Positions 28,761-38,490 of a DNA stretch of 64,000 nt are shown in pieces; the stretch's first letter is position 1; every line of letters starts with the position of its first letter. Position numbers and translations under genes: made by a program. The stretch lies in the NCBI GenBank assembly GCA_964591715.1, contig CAZQDR010000004.1, forward strand, positions 375-64,374, given 5' to 3'. This DNA comes from an uncultured Candidatus Saccharibacteria bacterium (GTDB lineage Bacteria > Patescibacteriota > Minisyncoccia > Phycocordibacterales > JACOZG01). The notes below the pieces were generated by a model. The model saw only the letters and a list, made by a program, of their open reading frames with translations. It was not told the DNA's origin and did not search any database.

Positions 28761-30029
28761 ATGTTAGACATCAAATTTATCCGGGAGAATCCGGATTTGA
28801 TTACGGAGGCCGCTCGCAAAAAGCACCTCACTTTCTCGGTGCAGGATTTGCTAATTTTAGATGAGAAGCGCCTCAAACTCTTAAACGAAGTGGAGCGAAT
28901 GCGCGCCGAGCAAAATACGGTGAGTGAGGAAATGCCCGCCGCCGATAATCATCGTCGCGGCATTTTAATTGAGAGTATGCGCACACTCAAAGCCGCGCTC
29001 CAGGATCGCGAGGCGGAATTAAACGGCGTGCTTAAAGATTGGCAAAAGTTAATGGTTCAGGTGCCAAACGTGCCGGATGTTTCTGTGCCGGAGGGAGCCA
29101 GTGATGCCGAGAATTTAGAAGTGCGCACTTGGGGCGAACCCACCCTGTTCGATTTTACCCCCAAAAACCATGTGGAATTAATGCAGGCGCTCGACCTAGC
29201 GGACTTTGAGCGGGGTACCAAGGTCGCTGGCTTTCGCGGTTATATATTAAAGAATGACGGCGCGGCACTACAGTTTGCTTTGTGGCAATTTACGATCCAG
29301 CATTTCTTGAAGCAGGGTTATCAACTGCTCTCGGTGCCGTCGCTCGTTAAGCGTGAAGCTTTTTTGGGTACTGGTTATTTGCCGCAAGGTGAGGAGGATT
29401 TGTATAAAACCCAGGATGGTGATTATTTGGCCGGCACTGCTGAAGTGGCCACCATGGCCTATCACATGGGTGAGACTTTTGCCGAAGCTGATCTACCAAA
29501 AAAATATTTGGCTTTCTCCCCCTGCTTCCGTCGCGAGGCGGGCAGTCACGGCAAGGATACTAAGGGCTTAATCCGCGTCCACGAGTTTTTCAAATTAGAG
29601 CAGGTCGTTTTGTGCCCAGCCGATCACGAACTGTCGGTTAAATATCACGAGGAGATGACGCGCTTGTCGGAGGAATTATTACAAGCACTTAAATTGCCCT
29701 ATCACGTCGTGGCCAATTGCGGCGGCGATCTGGGTTTGGGTCAGGTTAAAAAGTATGATCTCGAGGCCTGGGTACCATCCGAGAATGCTTATCGCGAGAC
29801 TCACTCGGCTTCCTACTTCCACGACTTCCAGACTCGCCGTTTAAATATTCGTTACAAAGATAGCGAAGGCAAATTGCGCTTTGCGCACTCGCTTAACAAC
29901 ACCGCGCTGGCTACCCCGCGCGTCATTGTTCCCCTAATTGAGAATTATCAACAGGCCGATGGCAGCATTCTTGTTCCGGAAGTCCTCCAACCATATCTGG
30001 GAAAAGAAAAAATTACCCATGCGGCATGA
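28761..30029 (+). CDS. serS: Serine--tRNA ligase
   Basis: MLDIKFIR, FRREAG, GLIRVHEF and LNNTALATPR motifs. Confidence 0.97.
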   Translation: MLDIKFIRENPDLITEAARKKHLTFSVQDLLILDEKRLKLLNEVERMRAEQNTVSEEMPAADNHRRGILIESMRTLKAALQDREAELNGVLKDWQKLMVQVPNVPDVSVPEGASDAENLEVRTWGEPTLFDFTPKNHVELMQALDLADFERGTKVAGFRGYILKNDGAALQFALWQFTIQHFLKQGYQLLSVPSLVKREAFLGTGYLPQGEEDLYKTQDGDYLAGTAEVATMAYHMGETFAEADLPKKYLAFSPCFRREAGSHGKDTKGLIRVHEFFKLEQVVLCPADHELSVKYHEEMTRLSEELLQALKLPYHVVANCGGDLGLGQVKKYDLEAWVPSENAYRETHSASYFHDFQTRRLNIRYKDSEGKLRFAHSLNNTALATPRVIVPLIENYQQADGSILVPEVLQPYLGKEKITHAA

Positions 30030-30876
30030 TGATCTGCTCCGCAACTCTCGTCAGCTAAAACAGCGTCGGATCTTCCGGCAATGGCTCTGGTTTGCTAGTA
30101 GTCTCACGGCCTTTTTGGTCATTGTTATCATTATGGCCAACACTAGCCGCTTCGCGATAGGTGAGATCAAGATTAGTGGTGCGCAAACAATTAGAGAGCA
30201 AGATATTGAGACGACGATTAACAGCGTGCTGGATGGACGTTACGGCGGGATATTTCCTCGACGCAATGTTTGGCTCTTCCCGAAGGCGGATGTAGTGGCG
30301 GCGCTAAGAGCCCAGTATCCTAATCTAGCGGCGGTGTCAGTAGCACTGTCAGATAAAACGACGTTAGTGGCCAAGGTGGCCGAGCGAGCTGGCACTGTCC
30401 GCTGGTGTCGCGATGAGACCGAAGTGACCTGCTATTTTGCTGACCAAAATGGATACATCTTTTCCGAATCACCAGAGTTTAGCCGGGGAATATTTTTAAG
30501 TATTGTAAGTGATTTACCAACTGACCCCATTGATCTGGCGCCACTTGAGACCGCCGACTTTAAAATACTGGTCTCATTGCGAGAGGCGATGGCTCGGGCT
30601 TTGTCGTCGAGTAGTCAGTCGCCGGTAAACATCTTTCAAATTCAGCATGAGGAGGGGCGAGACTACGCGCTCATTGCCGAGAGTTCTTCGCCCGAGCGGC
30701 GTTATCGTGTGCGCATTTCGCTTGATCAAGACCTTGATCAAGCAGCCAATAATGCCGCCGCGGCTTTGGCGGCTCCGGCGCTTCAGTCAGAACTAGCAAA
30801 AAAGGAGACCAAGCTCGATTATCTGGATCTTCGATTTGCGCCAAAGATTTTCTATAAATTCCAGCCCGGTATATAA
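30019..30876 (+). CDS. FtsQ/DivIB-like POTRA-domain protein
   Basis: Basic N-terminus, TM helix, POTRA-like segment (IKISGA) and C-terminal YLDLRF. Confidence 0.7.
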   Translation: MRHDDLLRNSRQLKQRRIFRQWLWFASSLTAFLVIVIIMANTSRFAIGEIKISGAQTIREQDIETTINSVLDGRYGGIFPRRNVWLFPKADVVAALRAQYPNLAAVSVALSDKTTLVAKVAERAGTVRWCRDETEVTCYFADQNGYIFSESPEFSRGIFLSIVSDLPTDPIDLAPLETADFKILVSLREAMARALSSSSQSPVNIFQIQHEEGRDYALIAESSSPERRYRVRISLDQDLDQAANNAAAALAAPALQSELAKKETKLDYLDLRFAPKIFYKFQPGI

Positions 30877-30883
30877 TAAATGA

Positions 30884-31273
30884 ATGCAGTTTGGAACTTT
30901 GCCGTTTCAATATCTCGGTTGGCACTATACGCTCGCCCTTAAAGATTATGCCGTTAATGCCGGCAATATTCTCCGCTTTATTTATCACTTCTTTTCTCTG
31001 CCGACATTAATCAAGACGTTTTTTGCGCCGTGGCGTCGACTGGGCGAGCAGTATCGCAAGGTCTTTGATCCCGGTGCCTGGTTTGAGACCTTTATTTTAA
31101 ACGCGCTGATGCGGTTGCTCGGAATGTTTTTTCGTCTCTGGTTAATTTTAACCGGTCTGGCGGTACTGGCGGTGGCTAGCGTCGCCGCAGTTGTTATCTT
31201 TATATTTTGGTTGATCTTGCCGCTGGCGGTCGCGATCATCTTTCTCGGCGGACTTAACTTGCTCTGGTCATGA
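30884..31273 (+). CDS. Small membrane protein coupled to the downstream AAA+ ATPase
   Basis: FFSLPTLIKTFFAPWRR motif plus TM helices; ATGA overlap with the next gene. Confidence 0.75.
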   Translation: MQFGTLPFQYLGWHYTLALKDYAVNAGNILRFIYHFFSLPTLIKTFFAPWRRLGEQYRKVFDPGAWFETFILNALMRLLGMFFRLWLILTGLAVLAVASVAAVVIFIFWLILPLAVAIIFLGGLNLLWS

Positions 31274-33675
31274 ACGCCTATGCTAAAATTATTCGCTCCA
31301 GTCGACTCTACCCGGTATTAATTTTGGAGGAGTTAATCTCCAGCGCTGCCCGAAACATCTTGTTGAAAGTAGGCACGCTCGCCATTTTGTTGGTCCTCGG
31401 TGTCTCGTTGCCCAACGGGATTGCTCCGCAAGTTTCTGGATTGTTGCTAATGTTAATTGCGATTCTTTTGATCTTGGCGGCGATCGAGCTTTTCTTCCGC
31501 TCTTATTATTACGAAAGTATTATTACTAATGAGTACACCGATCAGGATATTTTTACTTTTACGGTGGGCCGGATCCTAAGGAATATTCATCACGACAAAA
31601 TCTTAAAGGCCTATCTATACTCACCAACCGGTCGGCAGGTCACGCGACGTCTGGGTCTAGATCGAAATGCCGTTGACGCTTTTTTGGCCAGTCATGCCGC
31701 CTTACCGACCGAGCCGCTCCACTTTGCGGCGGGAGAGGTTTTGACTCTGCGCCAGCTCACTACCTGGTTACTGACAGCTTACCCGGCGTGGCAAGAGTGG
31801 CTACTCACCTTTGACTTGCAGACCGATGACGTTTTGGCCGTCGTTGATTGGGTGGTCAGGGATATTGAGACGGCGGCGCGACGGCGCCGCTGGTGGTCGG
31901 CCGAGCGCCTAGAGCGCGTAGCGCCGATTGCTCAAGACTGGTCCTACGGTGAGACCTTTGGCCTAATGCGTTACAGTAAGGATTTAACCGCTACCGCTAC
32001 GCCAGAAGCGCCCCAGGCGACCATCAGCCAGGAGGTCCAGGCGCTCGAAACCGTTTTAGCTCGTGTTCATGAGGCCAATGCTCTCTTGGTGGGGGCGACG
32101 GCCGAGAATCTTGATTCGGTCTTATGGCGGTTTGCTCGGACGCTTAAAGCTGGTGCCACTTTACCAGCCTTACAAAACAAGCGCTTAATTGTCTTGCACG
32201 TAGCGGACTTTTTAGCCGCCTCCAGTGACCGACAAAATTTAGAACAAGGTCTCAGTAAGTTGCTGGCCGAAGCCGCCGCCGCTGGTAACGTTATTTTGGC
32301 GATTGATAATTTTCCTAACTTACTCCAGGCGGGAGAGGCACTCCAAGCTGACGTGGTCGCCTTACTCGAACCTTATTTAAATAGCGGGACCTTGCAACTG
32401 GTAGCGCTCTCGGAGACCGAAGTCTTTCATCGCGCGCTTGAACCACGAGCCGGTTTGATGACCCGCTTCGAGAAGATCGACGTTAACGAGGGCAATGATG
32501 AGCGGATTATTACCGAGCTAGAAGACTTGGCCGAAGAATTGGAGCGCACTAATCCGGTTGTCATTACTTATCCCGCCCTCCGGATGATTTACACCAATGC
32601 CGAGCAATACTTTCAAACGGATTCTTTAACTGATAAGGCAACTGACTTGTTGATTGAGGCGGTACCATGGGCGCTCGGTCATGGTAAAAGTGTGATTGAT
32701 CGGTCAGTCGTCGAGGCGCTCACCAAAGACAAGACCAGTATTCCGGTCGGTGCCATTGACGCTGGCGAAAAGCAGAAGTTGCTTGGGTTGGAGGCGGCCC
32801 TGCATGCTCGGGTCATTGGCCAAGCGACAGCACTCAAGGCCGTGGCCAATGCCATGCGTCGTGGTCGTACCGGTATCCGTAATCCAAAGCGACCCATGGG
32901 CTCGTTCCTGTTTTTGGGTCCAACTGGTGTTGGTAAGACTGAAACAGCGAAGGCGCTCGCCGCCGTCTTCTTTGGCCGTGAGGATGCGCTCTTGCGTCTG
33001 GATATGTCAGAGTATCAGTCGAGCGATGCTTTGGCTCGATTAATCGGCTCGTTTGGGAGTGGTCAGCCTGGTGTGTTGGCAAATCTCTTGCGTCAAAATC
33101 CTTACGGGGTGCTGTTGCTGGATGAATTTGAAAAGACCAATCGCGAAGTACTGAATTTGTTTTTGCAGATTTTAGATGAGGGTTTCTTTTCAGATATGAA
33201 TGGTAAGCGGGTTAATGCCCGTAATATTATTTTTATTGCCACCTCCAATGCGGGCGCCGAGCTCCTGTGGCAGATGGTCAAGTCGGGCCGTGACCCCGTC
33301 GCGGCCAAGGATGAATTAGTGAACAATTTGGTCAGCCAAGGGATTTATAAGCCGGAACTTTTGAACCGCTTCGACGATGTGATTATCTTCCACCCCTTGT
33401 CCGAGACGGATTTGCTCCAGGTGGCTCGACTGCAATTGGAACGTCTAGCCACGCGCCTCAAAAAACAAGGTATAATGGTCAGCGTTACCGATGAGCTGGT
33501 GGCGACCGTGGTGGCGCAAGGCAGTAACGCGGTATTTGGGGCTCGGCCGATGCAGCGCTTTATTCAAGACGAAGTCGAACAGCGCCTGGCCGAGGCGATG
33601 ATTAAAGGTGAGGTGGGCAGTGGTAGTTATGTTAGCTTCGACGGCGACCTTACGCTGCACGCCAGCAAAAAATAA
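31270..33675 (+). CDS. Membrane-anchored ClpA/B-like AAA+ ATPase with a degenerate first NBD
   Basis: Two N-terminal TMs; NBD2 intact ([19 protein letters not shown]); the NBD1 Walker A position reads LVGATAENL. Confidence 0.85.
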   Translation: MNAYAKIIRSSRLYPVLILEELISSAARNILLKVGTLAILLVLGVSLPNGIAPQVSGLLLMLIAILLILAAIELFFRSYYYESIITNEYTDQDIFTFTVGRILRNIHHDKILKAYLYSPTGRQVTRRLGLDRNAVDAFLASHAALPTEPLHFAAGEVLTLRQLTTWLLTAYPAWQEWLLTFDLQTDDVLAVVDWVVRDIETAARRRRWWSAERLERVAPIAQDWSYGETFGLMRYSKDLTATATPEAPQATISQEVQALETVLARVHEANALLVGATAENLDSVLWRFARTLKAGATLPALQNKRLIVLHVADFLAASSDRQNLEQGLSKLLAEAAAAGNVILAIDNFPNLLQAGEALQADVVALLEPYLNSGTLQLVALSETEVFHRALEPRAGLMTRFEKIDVNEGNDERIITELEDLAEELERTNPVVITYPALRMIYTNAEQYFQTDSLTDKATDLLIEAVPWALGHGKSVIDRSVVEALTKDKTSIPVGAIDAGEKQKLLGLEAALHARVIGQATALKAVANAMRRGRTGIRNPKRPMGSFLFLGPTGVGKTETAKALAAVFFGREDALLRLDMSEYQSSDALARLIGSFGSGQPGVLANLLRQNPYGVLLLDEFEKTNREVLNLFLQILDEGFFSDMNGKRVNARNIIFIATSNAGAELLWQMVKSGRDPVAAKDELVNNLVSQGIYKPELLNRFDDVIIFHPLSETDLLQVARLQLERLATRLKKQGIMVSVTDELVATVVAQGSNAVFGARPMQRFIQDEVEQRLAEAMIKGEVGSGSYVSFDGDLTLHASKK

Positions 33676-33678
33676 TTT

Positions 33679-34749
33679 ATGCCAAGCAAGTGGTCCTATC
33701 TATGGTCTGTCAGTCTCGCCCTGCTTACGGGTGGTGTTATGGCGTTTGGCTTTTCGTTTGCGACTAATCAGGTGGGAGAGCAATTAGCGCTGGATTTTAT
33801 GGCACGACAGCAGCTTGCCTCACCCGCCATGATTCAAGTTGTGGAGGCGCCAGCCGAGTTGCCGGTGGTTGTGGCCGCGGCCACCGAGCCAGTGTCGCCC
33901 ACCCTCACGCTAACTTTTGTAGGCGACATTATGTTGGATCGTGGGGTGCTTTATAGCGCCAAGAAGAACGGCCAGGGTAATTTTGATTGGTTATTTGAAG
34001 ATATTCCCGAACTGGCCCAAGCTGACATTTTGTACGGCAATTTGGAGGGACCACTCTCGGATCAAGGTCGCGATCTCGGCAATCTCTACTCCTTTCGGAT
34101 GGATCCAGCGGCACTACCGGCTCTTGAGGCGGCCAGCTTTGATGTTTTGCAAATTGCTAATAATCACATCGGCGACTGGGGTCGCGAGGCGATGGTGGAT
34201 ACCATCAGTCGCTTAAGTCAGGCGGGGATTGTCTCGGTTGGTGGTGGAGAAAATAAGGCCGAGGTCTCAGCGGTTAAGATTGTAGAACGACAGGGAATTA
34301 AAATTGGTTTTCTGGCGGCCACTGACGTTGGTCCTAATTGGTTAGCGGCTAGCGACTTGCCTGGCATCCAGCTCGCGTCTGATCCCGCTTGGCCGGAGAT
34401 AATTAGTGAAGCGTCAAAGCAGGTAGATATTTTGGTTGTTGGTTATCATTTTGGTAATGAGTATCAACCTGATCCCAGTGCCCGTCAACGAGAGTTGTCT
34501 CGTTTAGCTATCGATCATGGCGCCAAACTGGTGATCGGATCACATCCACATGTTGTTGAGCCGATTGAAGAGTATGGAGGTGGGGTGATTGCCTACAGTC
34601 TGGGTAATTTTATATTTGATCAAGCCTTCTCGCCCGAAACGATGTCTGGCCTGGCTTTAACGGTGACCTTTGAGGGTCGAGAGCTCCGCTCGGTAGTGAA
34701 GCGGCAAGTTCTCATTGATAAGCAATTTCGGCCGCGTTTAGTTCCCTAA
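33679..34749 (+). CDS. CapA/PGA_cap family metallophosphatase
   Basis: FVGDIML, GNLE, ANNH, HFGNEY, GSHPHV and YSLGNFIF motifs. Confidence 0.9.
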   Translation: MPSKWSYLWSVSLALLTGGVMAFGFSFATNQVGEQLALDFMARQQLASPAMIQVVEAPAELPVVVAAATEPVSPTLTLTFVGDIMLDRGVLYSAKKNGQGNFDWLFEDIPELAQADILYGNLEGPLSDQGRDLGNLYSFRMDPAALPALEAASFDVLQIANNHIGDWGREAMVDTISRLSQAGIVSVGGGENKAEVSAVKIVERQGIKIGFLAATDVGPNWLAASDLPGIQLASDPAWPEIISEASKQVDILVVGYHFGNEYQPDPSARQRELSRLAIDHGAKLVIGSHPHVVEPIEEYGGGVIAYSLGNFIFDQAFSPETMSGLALTVTFEGRELRSVVKRQVLIDKQFRPRLVP

Positions 34750-34750
34750 T

Positions 34751-35944
34751 ATGAAGCGCTCGGCCTATCCCTTGATCCTCGTGGCGGCGTTCGCCATTTT
34801 ATTATTTATGGCCAGTGGCGTACCGGGAAGTTCGCCTAGTGAGTTATTGAGTTTGGTCTTTCCTGAGACAATTACCCCCGAGGCTTTAAAGAGCGCGTAT
34901 GCGGGGCGACGACTGCGCGTATTACTTGTCCCTGGACATGACCACGAATATGGCGGTACGGCTTATGGCAAGATAACTGAAGAGCAGTTGAATGTTGAGA
35001 TGGCTCGGGCGCTTTATGACGTTTTAAAGACAGATCCTCACTACGAGGTTACTACTACCCGTGATTTAACCACAAGGGAATATATTCCCGAACTCCAGCG
35101 TTACTTGATCGATAATCGCGAAAAAATAATTAAACGCACTAGTGAACTTAAAACCGCTTTTTACGATTTTGTTGATCGGGGCGAGCTGACTTTGCAAGAG
35201 GGGATGAATCATAAAGTGGCAGCGACCGAAGTCGCGATCCGACTCTATGGCATTAATGCCTGGGCGAATGAGCAGAAGATTGATTTGGCGTTACATATCC
35301 ACTTCAACGATTATGGTGGACGACGGAGAGGGGTAGTCGGACCATATAATGGCTTTGCCATTTATGTACCAGAGGGTCAGTATGCCAATGCTCGAGCTAG
35401 TAAAGAGTTGGGGCTTGCCATTTCGAACGCCTTGCAACAACGCTTGCCGCTAAGCGATTTCCCTCAAGAGAGTTCGCCGGTGACCGAAGACCAAAGTTTA
35501 ATTGCAATTGGCGCTTATGGTTCCCGTGAGGGTGGAGCAATGCTTTTGGAGTATGGTTATATTTACGAATCACAGTGGCAGAGTAAAGCGGTACGTGATT
35601 TGATGCTACCGGAGTTGGCATTAAAGACGGCGGAGGGGATGAAGCGCTATTTTGAACCAACAGCTGGAGCCTTGGCCTCTAAAATCTTGCCCGCGACCAT
35701 TAGCGCTGATTTGAAAAAGTCAGTCACGCCGCTACCAGATGTCCTGCGACTTCAAACTGCCCTGCAACGTGAGGGTTTGTATCCACCCGCGGGAGAGACC
35801 TTGGCCAGCTGTCCACTCTCGGCCGTGTTTGGTCCTTGCACAGCCTTGGCCGTGACAGCCTTCCAGAAAAAATATAGTATCCCTAGTACCGGCCAGGTAG
35901 ATTCAGCGACGCGAGCTCAGTTGAACTCCCTAGTCAGCAGCTAA
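34751..35944 (+). CDS. N-acetylmuramoyl-L-alanine amidase (Amidase_3) with a C-terminal peptidoglycan-binding domain
   Basis: PGH, E, HIHFN and LEYGY motifs; FGPCT..AV.AFQKKY..TGQV..T. Confidence 0.85.
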   Translation: MKRSAYPLILVAAFAILLFMASGVPGSSPSELLSLVFPETITPEALKSAYAGRRLRVLLVPGHDHEYGGTAYGKITEEQLNVEMARALYDVLKTDPHYEVTTTRDLTTREYIPELQRYLIDNREKIIKRTSELKTAFYDFVDRGELTLQEGMNHKVAATEVAIRLYGINAWANEQKIDLALHIHFNDYGGRRRGVVGPYNGFAIYVPEGQYANARASKELGLAISNALQQRLPLSDFPQESSPVTEDQSLIAIGAYGSREGGAMLLEYGYIYESQWQSKAVRDLMLPELALKTAEGMKRYFEPTAGALASKILPATISADLKKSVTPLPDVLRLQTALQREGLYPPAGETLASCPLSAVFGPCTALAVTAFQKKYSIPSTGQVDSATRAQLNSLVSS

Positions 35945-36909
35945 TGGTTAATAATTTTTGGACTAAATTAAAGAAGCCGATTTTGGTTTTGGCGCCGATG
36001 GCTGATGTCACCGACGCCGCTTTTCGGCGCGTTATTGCTAAGTATGGCAAACCGGCAGTAACCTGGACCGAGTTTGTCTCGGCTGACGGTCTTTGTCATC
36101 CCGAAGGCCGCAAGCGCTTACTGAACGATCTTTTATATACCGCAGCCGAACGGCCGATTGTGGCGCAACTCTTCTCGGCCAATCCGGCCAAAATGCGCGA
36201 GGCGGCGGCGCTAGTACAGTCGCTTGGCGTTGATGGTTTGGATATTAATATTGGTTGTCCCGATAAAACGATTGAGAAGCAGGGAGCGGGTGCGGCCCTC
36301 ATTAAAAACCCAAAACTGGCGCGCGAGGTTTTGCGTGCGGCCAAGGAAGGCGCGCCCCATTTACCCGTCTCGGTGAAGACGCGGGTCGGTTACAACAAAG
36401 ACGAACTAGACCGTTGGCTCCCCGAACTCTTGGCGGAAAATCCAGCCGTGGTCACTATTCATGCGCGGACACGAAAAGAAATGTCTAAAGTGCCAGCTCG
36501 CTGGTCGGATGTGGCTCGGGCAGTAAAAATTCGTGATGATTTAAAAAGTGAGACTTTAATTTTTGGTAACGGCGATGCCCTTAACTTGGCGGATGCGTCC
36601 GACAAGGCCAAGGCCAGCGGTGCCGATGGTGTGATGTTGGGTCGAGCCATTTTTGGTAATCCCTGGCTCTTTAGTGGGGGAGGTAAACCCGCCGTGGCCG
36701 AGCAACTTGAGGTGTTAGTTGAGCACACCAAACTGTTTGCTGAACTTTTAGGCGAGCATAAAAGCTTTGCCGTGATGAAAAAGCACTACAAGGCCTATGT
36801 GGCCGGTTGGGATGGGGCGCACGAGTTGCGCGCTAAGTTAATGGAAGTTAATACGGCCGTCGAAGTGGAGCAAATTATTACCGAGTACTTAAAAAATGGC
36901 TCTATATAG
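35944..36909 (+). CDS. dusB: tRNA-dihydrouridine synthase
   Basis: LAPMADVTD, DINIGCP, VSVKTR, HART, GNGD and VMLGR motifs. Confidence 0.9.
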   Translation: MVNNFWTKLKKPILVLAPMADVTDAAFRRVIAKYGKPAVTWTEFVSADGLCHPEGRKRLLNDLLYTAAERPIVAQLFSANPAKMREAAALVQSLGVDGLDINIGCPDKTIEKQGAGAALIKNPKLAREVLRAAKEGAPHLPVSVKTRVGYNKDELDRWLPELLAENPAVVTIHARTRKEMSKVPARWSDVARAVKIRDDLKSETLIFGNGDALNLADASDKAKASGADGVMLGRAIFGNPWLFSGGGKPAVAEQLEVLVEHTKLFAELLGEHKSFAVMKKHYKAYVAGWDGAHELRAKLMEVNTAVEVEQIITEYLKNGSI

Positions 36910-36949
36910 CCATGGTTAGCCTTCCTTAATCACAACACCTTTAAAAGTA

Positions 36950-36978
36950 TTGACAAGCTGGACGGGGTTTGGTAGTTT
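36950..36978 (+). promoter_or_regulatory. Sigma70-type promoter of the intergenic transcript
   Basis: TTGACA-N17-TAGTTT. Confidence 0.65.
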
Positions 36979-36981
36979 ATT

Positions 36982-37330
36982 GGAGGAACAGTGGAGTTGT
37001 CTTGGGTCCAGGAACACCACCTGGCGCCCACTTGCCAGCTAGTAGGCTGGAGAAAGGTAAGGATCCCATGATCCGTAACCGTAGCCCTGATCAGAGTTCC
37101 TTTCAGAACAGTATTCTCAATTGCCAATGCAGCATGATCGTCGCGGCCAGCGCCAGCTGATCGTCGGCGGCCCGGCGGCCCTGGAGACGTCACACCAGGT
37201 GACTATCACCGGAGAGGTCTCCAGGGCCCGGGTCCAGGATTGGGAAAGAAGCCAGGACGGGAAAAGCATCGGGGAAAGAAGAAGCAGGACTTTTGTCCGA
37301 TGGGGCACACGCAGCGTGTGCCCTTTTTTT
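36982..37330 (+). ncRNA. Putative GGA-rich structured RNA (may also carry a 30-aa ORF at 37068-37160)
   Basis: Own promoter and terminator; no long credible ORF; 14 GGA; 12-bp stem GGCCCTGGAGAC/GTCTCCAGGGCC. Confidence 0.4.
37303..37330 (+). terminator. Intrinsic terminator
   Basis: GGGCACACG-cag-CGTGTGCCC followed by T7. Confidence 0.85.
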
Positions 37331-37357
37331 ATGCCCAAAATAAGATAGAATAGAGCC

Positions 37358-38392
37358 ATGTCCGAGCTTGCTCTCTATCGTAAATACCGCCCTGCCAAAT
37401 TTAGCGAGGTGGTTGGCCAAGATCACGTGATTAGCGTACTTGAAGGAGCGCTCGAGCAGGGTAATGTCTCGCACGCTTATCTTTTTGCTGGTTCTCGCGG
37501 CACGGGTAAAACCAGTGTGGCTCGCATTTTTGCTAAAGTCTTGGGGACCTCACCGAGTGACTTGTACGAAATCGATGCCGCCTCCAGTCGCGGTATTGAT
37601 GAGATCCGCGAACTGCGCGAGGCGGTGCGCACCTTGCCGTTTGAATCAAAATATAAAGTTTACATTATTGATGAGGTGCACATGTTAACCAAGGAGGCTT
37701 TTAATGCTTTGTTAAAAACCTTGGAGGAGCCGCCTGCCCATGTCATTTTTATTTTAGCGACCACCGAGACACACAAGTTGCCCGAGACGATTGTGTCGCG
37801 CTGTCAGGCTTTTACCTTCCGCAAGCCGACCCTGGATGAATTAAAAAAGGTGGTGAGTAAGGTGGCCAAGGCCGAAGGGTTTAGCATTGAACCACTCGCC
37901 GCGGAGCTGGTCGCCTTGCTGGGTGACGGCTCGTATCGCGATACTTTGGGAGCCCTCCAAAAGGCGATGAGCGCCTCCAGTGATAATAAGATTGTTAGCA
38001 AAGAGATTGAGCAGGTTATGGGCGCGCCGAGTAGCCGCTTAGTCTCTGATTTTATTCTGGCGCTTTTGGAGAAAAAGCTGGAGGGTGGGTTGGCGGTAAC
38101 GCGAGAGCTGGTAGCTGGTAATCAGGATTTAAAGTTGTTTTTAAAATTAGTGTTGCGGGATTTTCGTCTAGCGATGCTGGCCAAATTTGCCCCGGCCGTG
38201 GCTAAACCCATGCTGGTACCCCTGGGTGAGGAGGCTGAGAAGAGACTGCAAACCGTGGCGGCGCATGCAAATGCCAAAGACTTGCCACTTATTTTGCGGG
38301 AACTCCTGGCGGTTTACGATCACCTTGGCCGCTCCTATGTGCCCGAGTTACCACTCGAGCTGGCCTTGATCAAACTTAGCGCGGCGGTATAA
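37358..38392 (+). CDS. dnaX: DNA polymerase III subunit gamma/tau (short form)
   Basis: LYRKYRP, GSRGTGKT, IIDEVHML, FNALLKTLEEPP and SRC motifs. Confidence 0.95.
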   Translation: MSELALYRKYRPAKFSEVVGQDHVISVLEGALEQGNVSHAYLFAGSRGTGKTSVARIFAKVLGTSPSDLYEIDAASSRGIDEIRELREAVRTLPFESKYKVYIIDEVHMLTKEAFNALLKTLEEPPAHVIFILATTETHKLPETIVSRCQAFTFRKPTLDELKKVVSKVAKAEGFSIEPLAAELVALLGDGSYRDTLGALQKAMSASSDNKIVSKEIEQVMGAPSSRLVSDFILALLEKKLEGGLAVTRELVAGNQDLKLFLKLVLRDFRLAMLAKFAPAVAKPMLVPLGEEAEKRLQTVAAHANAKDLPLILRELLAVYDHLGRSYVPELPLELALIKLSAAV

Positions 38393-38418
38393 TCTATTTT
38401 AGAAAGGAGGTGATATTT

Positions 38419-38490
38419 GTGATCACCAAAATTGCAGGGCTCATAACCCTGGCGACTATCGCAATGTTTAGCCTTGTTGGCTGCATTTAA
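38419..38490 (+). CDS. 23-aa hydrophobic peptide, not in the ORF track
   Basis: TTGATC-N16-TATAAT promoter, AAAGGAGGTGAT SD, GTG start; MITKIAGLITLATIAMFSLVGCI. Confidence 0.55.
   Translation: MITKIAGLITLATIAMFSLVGCI

Noticed and set aside
31270-33675. T6SS ClpV or a pseudogene copy of clpB
   Set aside because: No T6SS genes nearby; the ORF is intact with its own TM N-terminus and a coupled partner gene
36982-37330. SRP RNA, RNase P RNA or tmRNA (size fits, and SRP RNA often precedes dnaX)
   Set aside because: No pairing CAGG-stem-GNRA-stem-AGCAG helix, no GAGGAAAGUCC/P4 signature and no tRNA-like ends were seen; kept only as an unknown RNA
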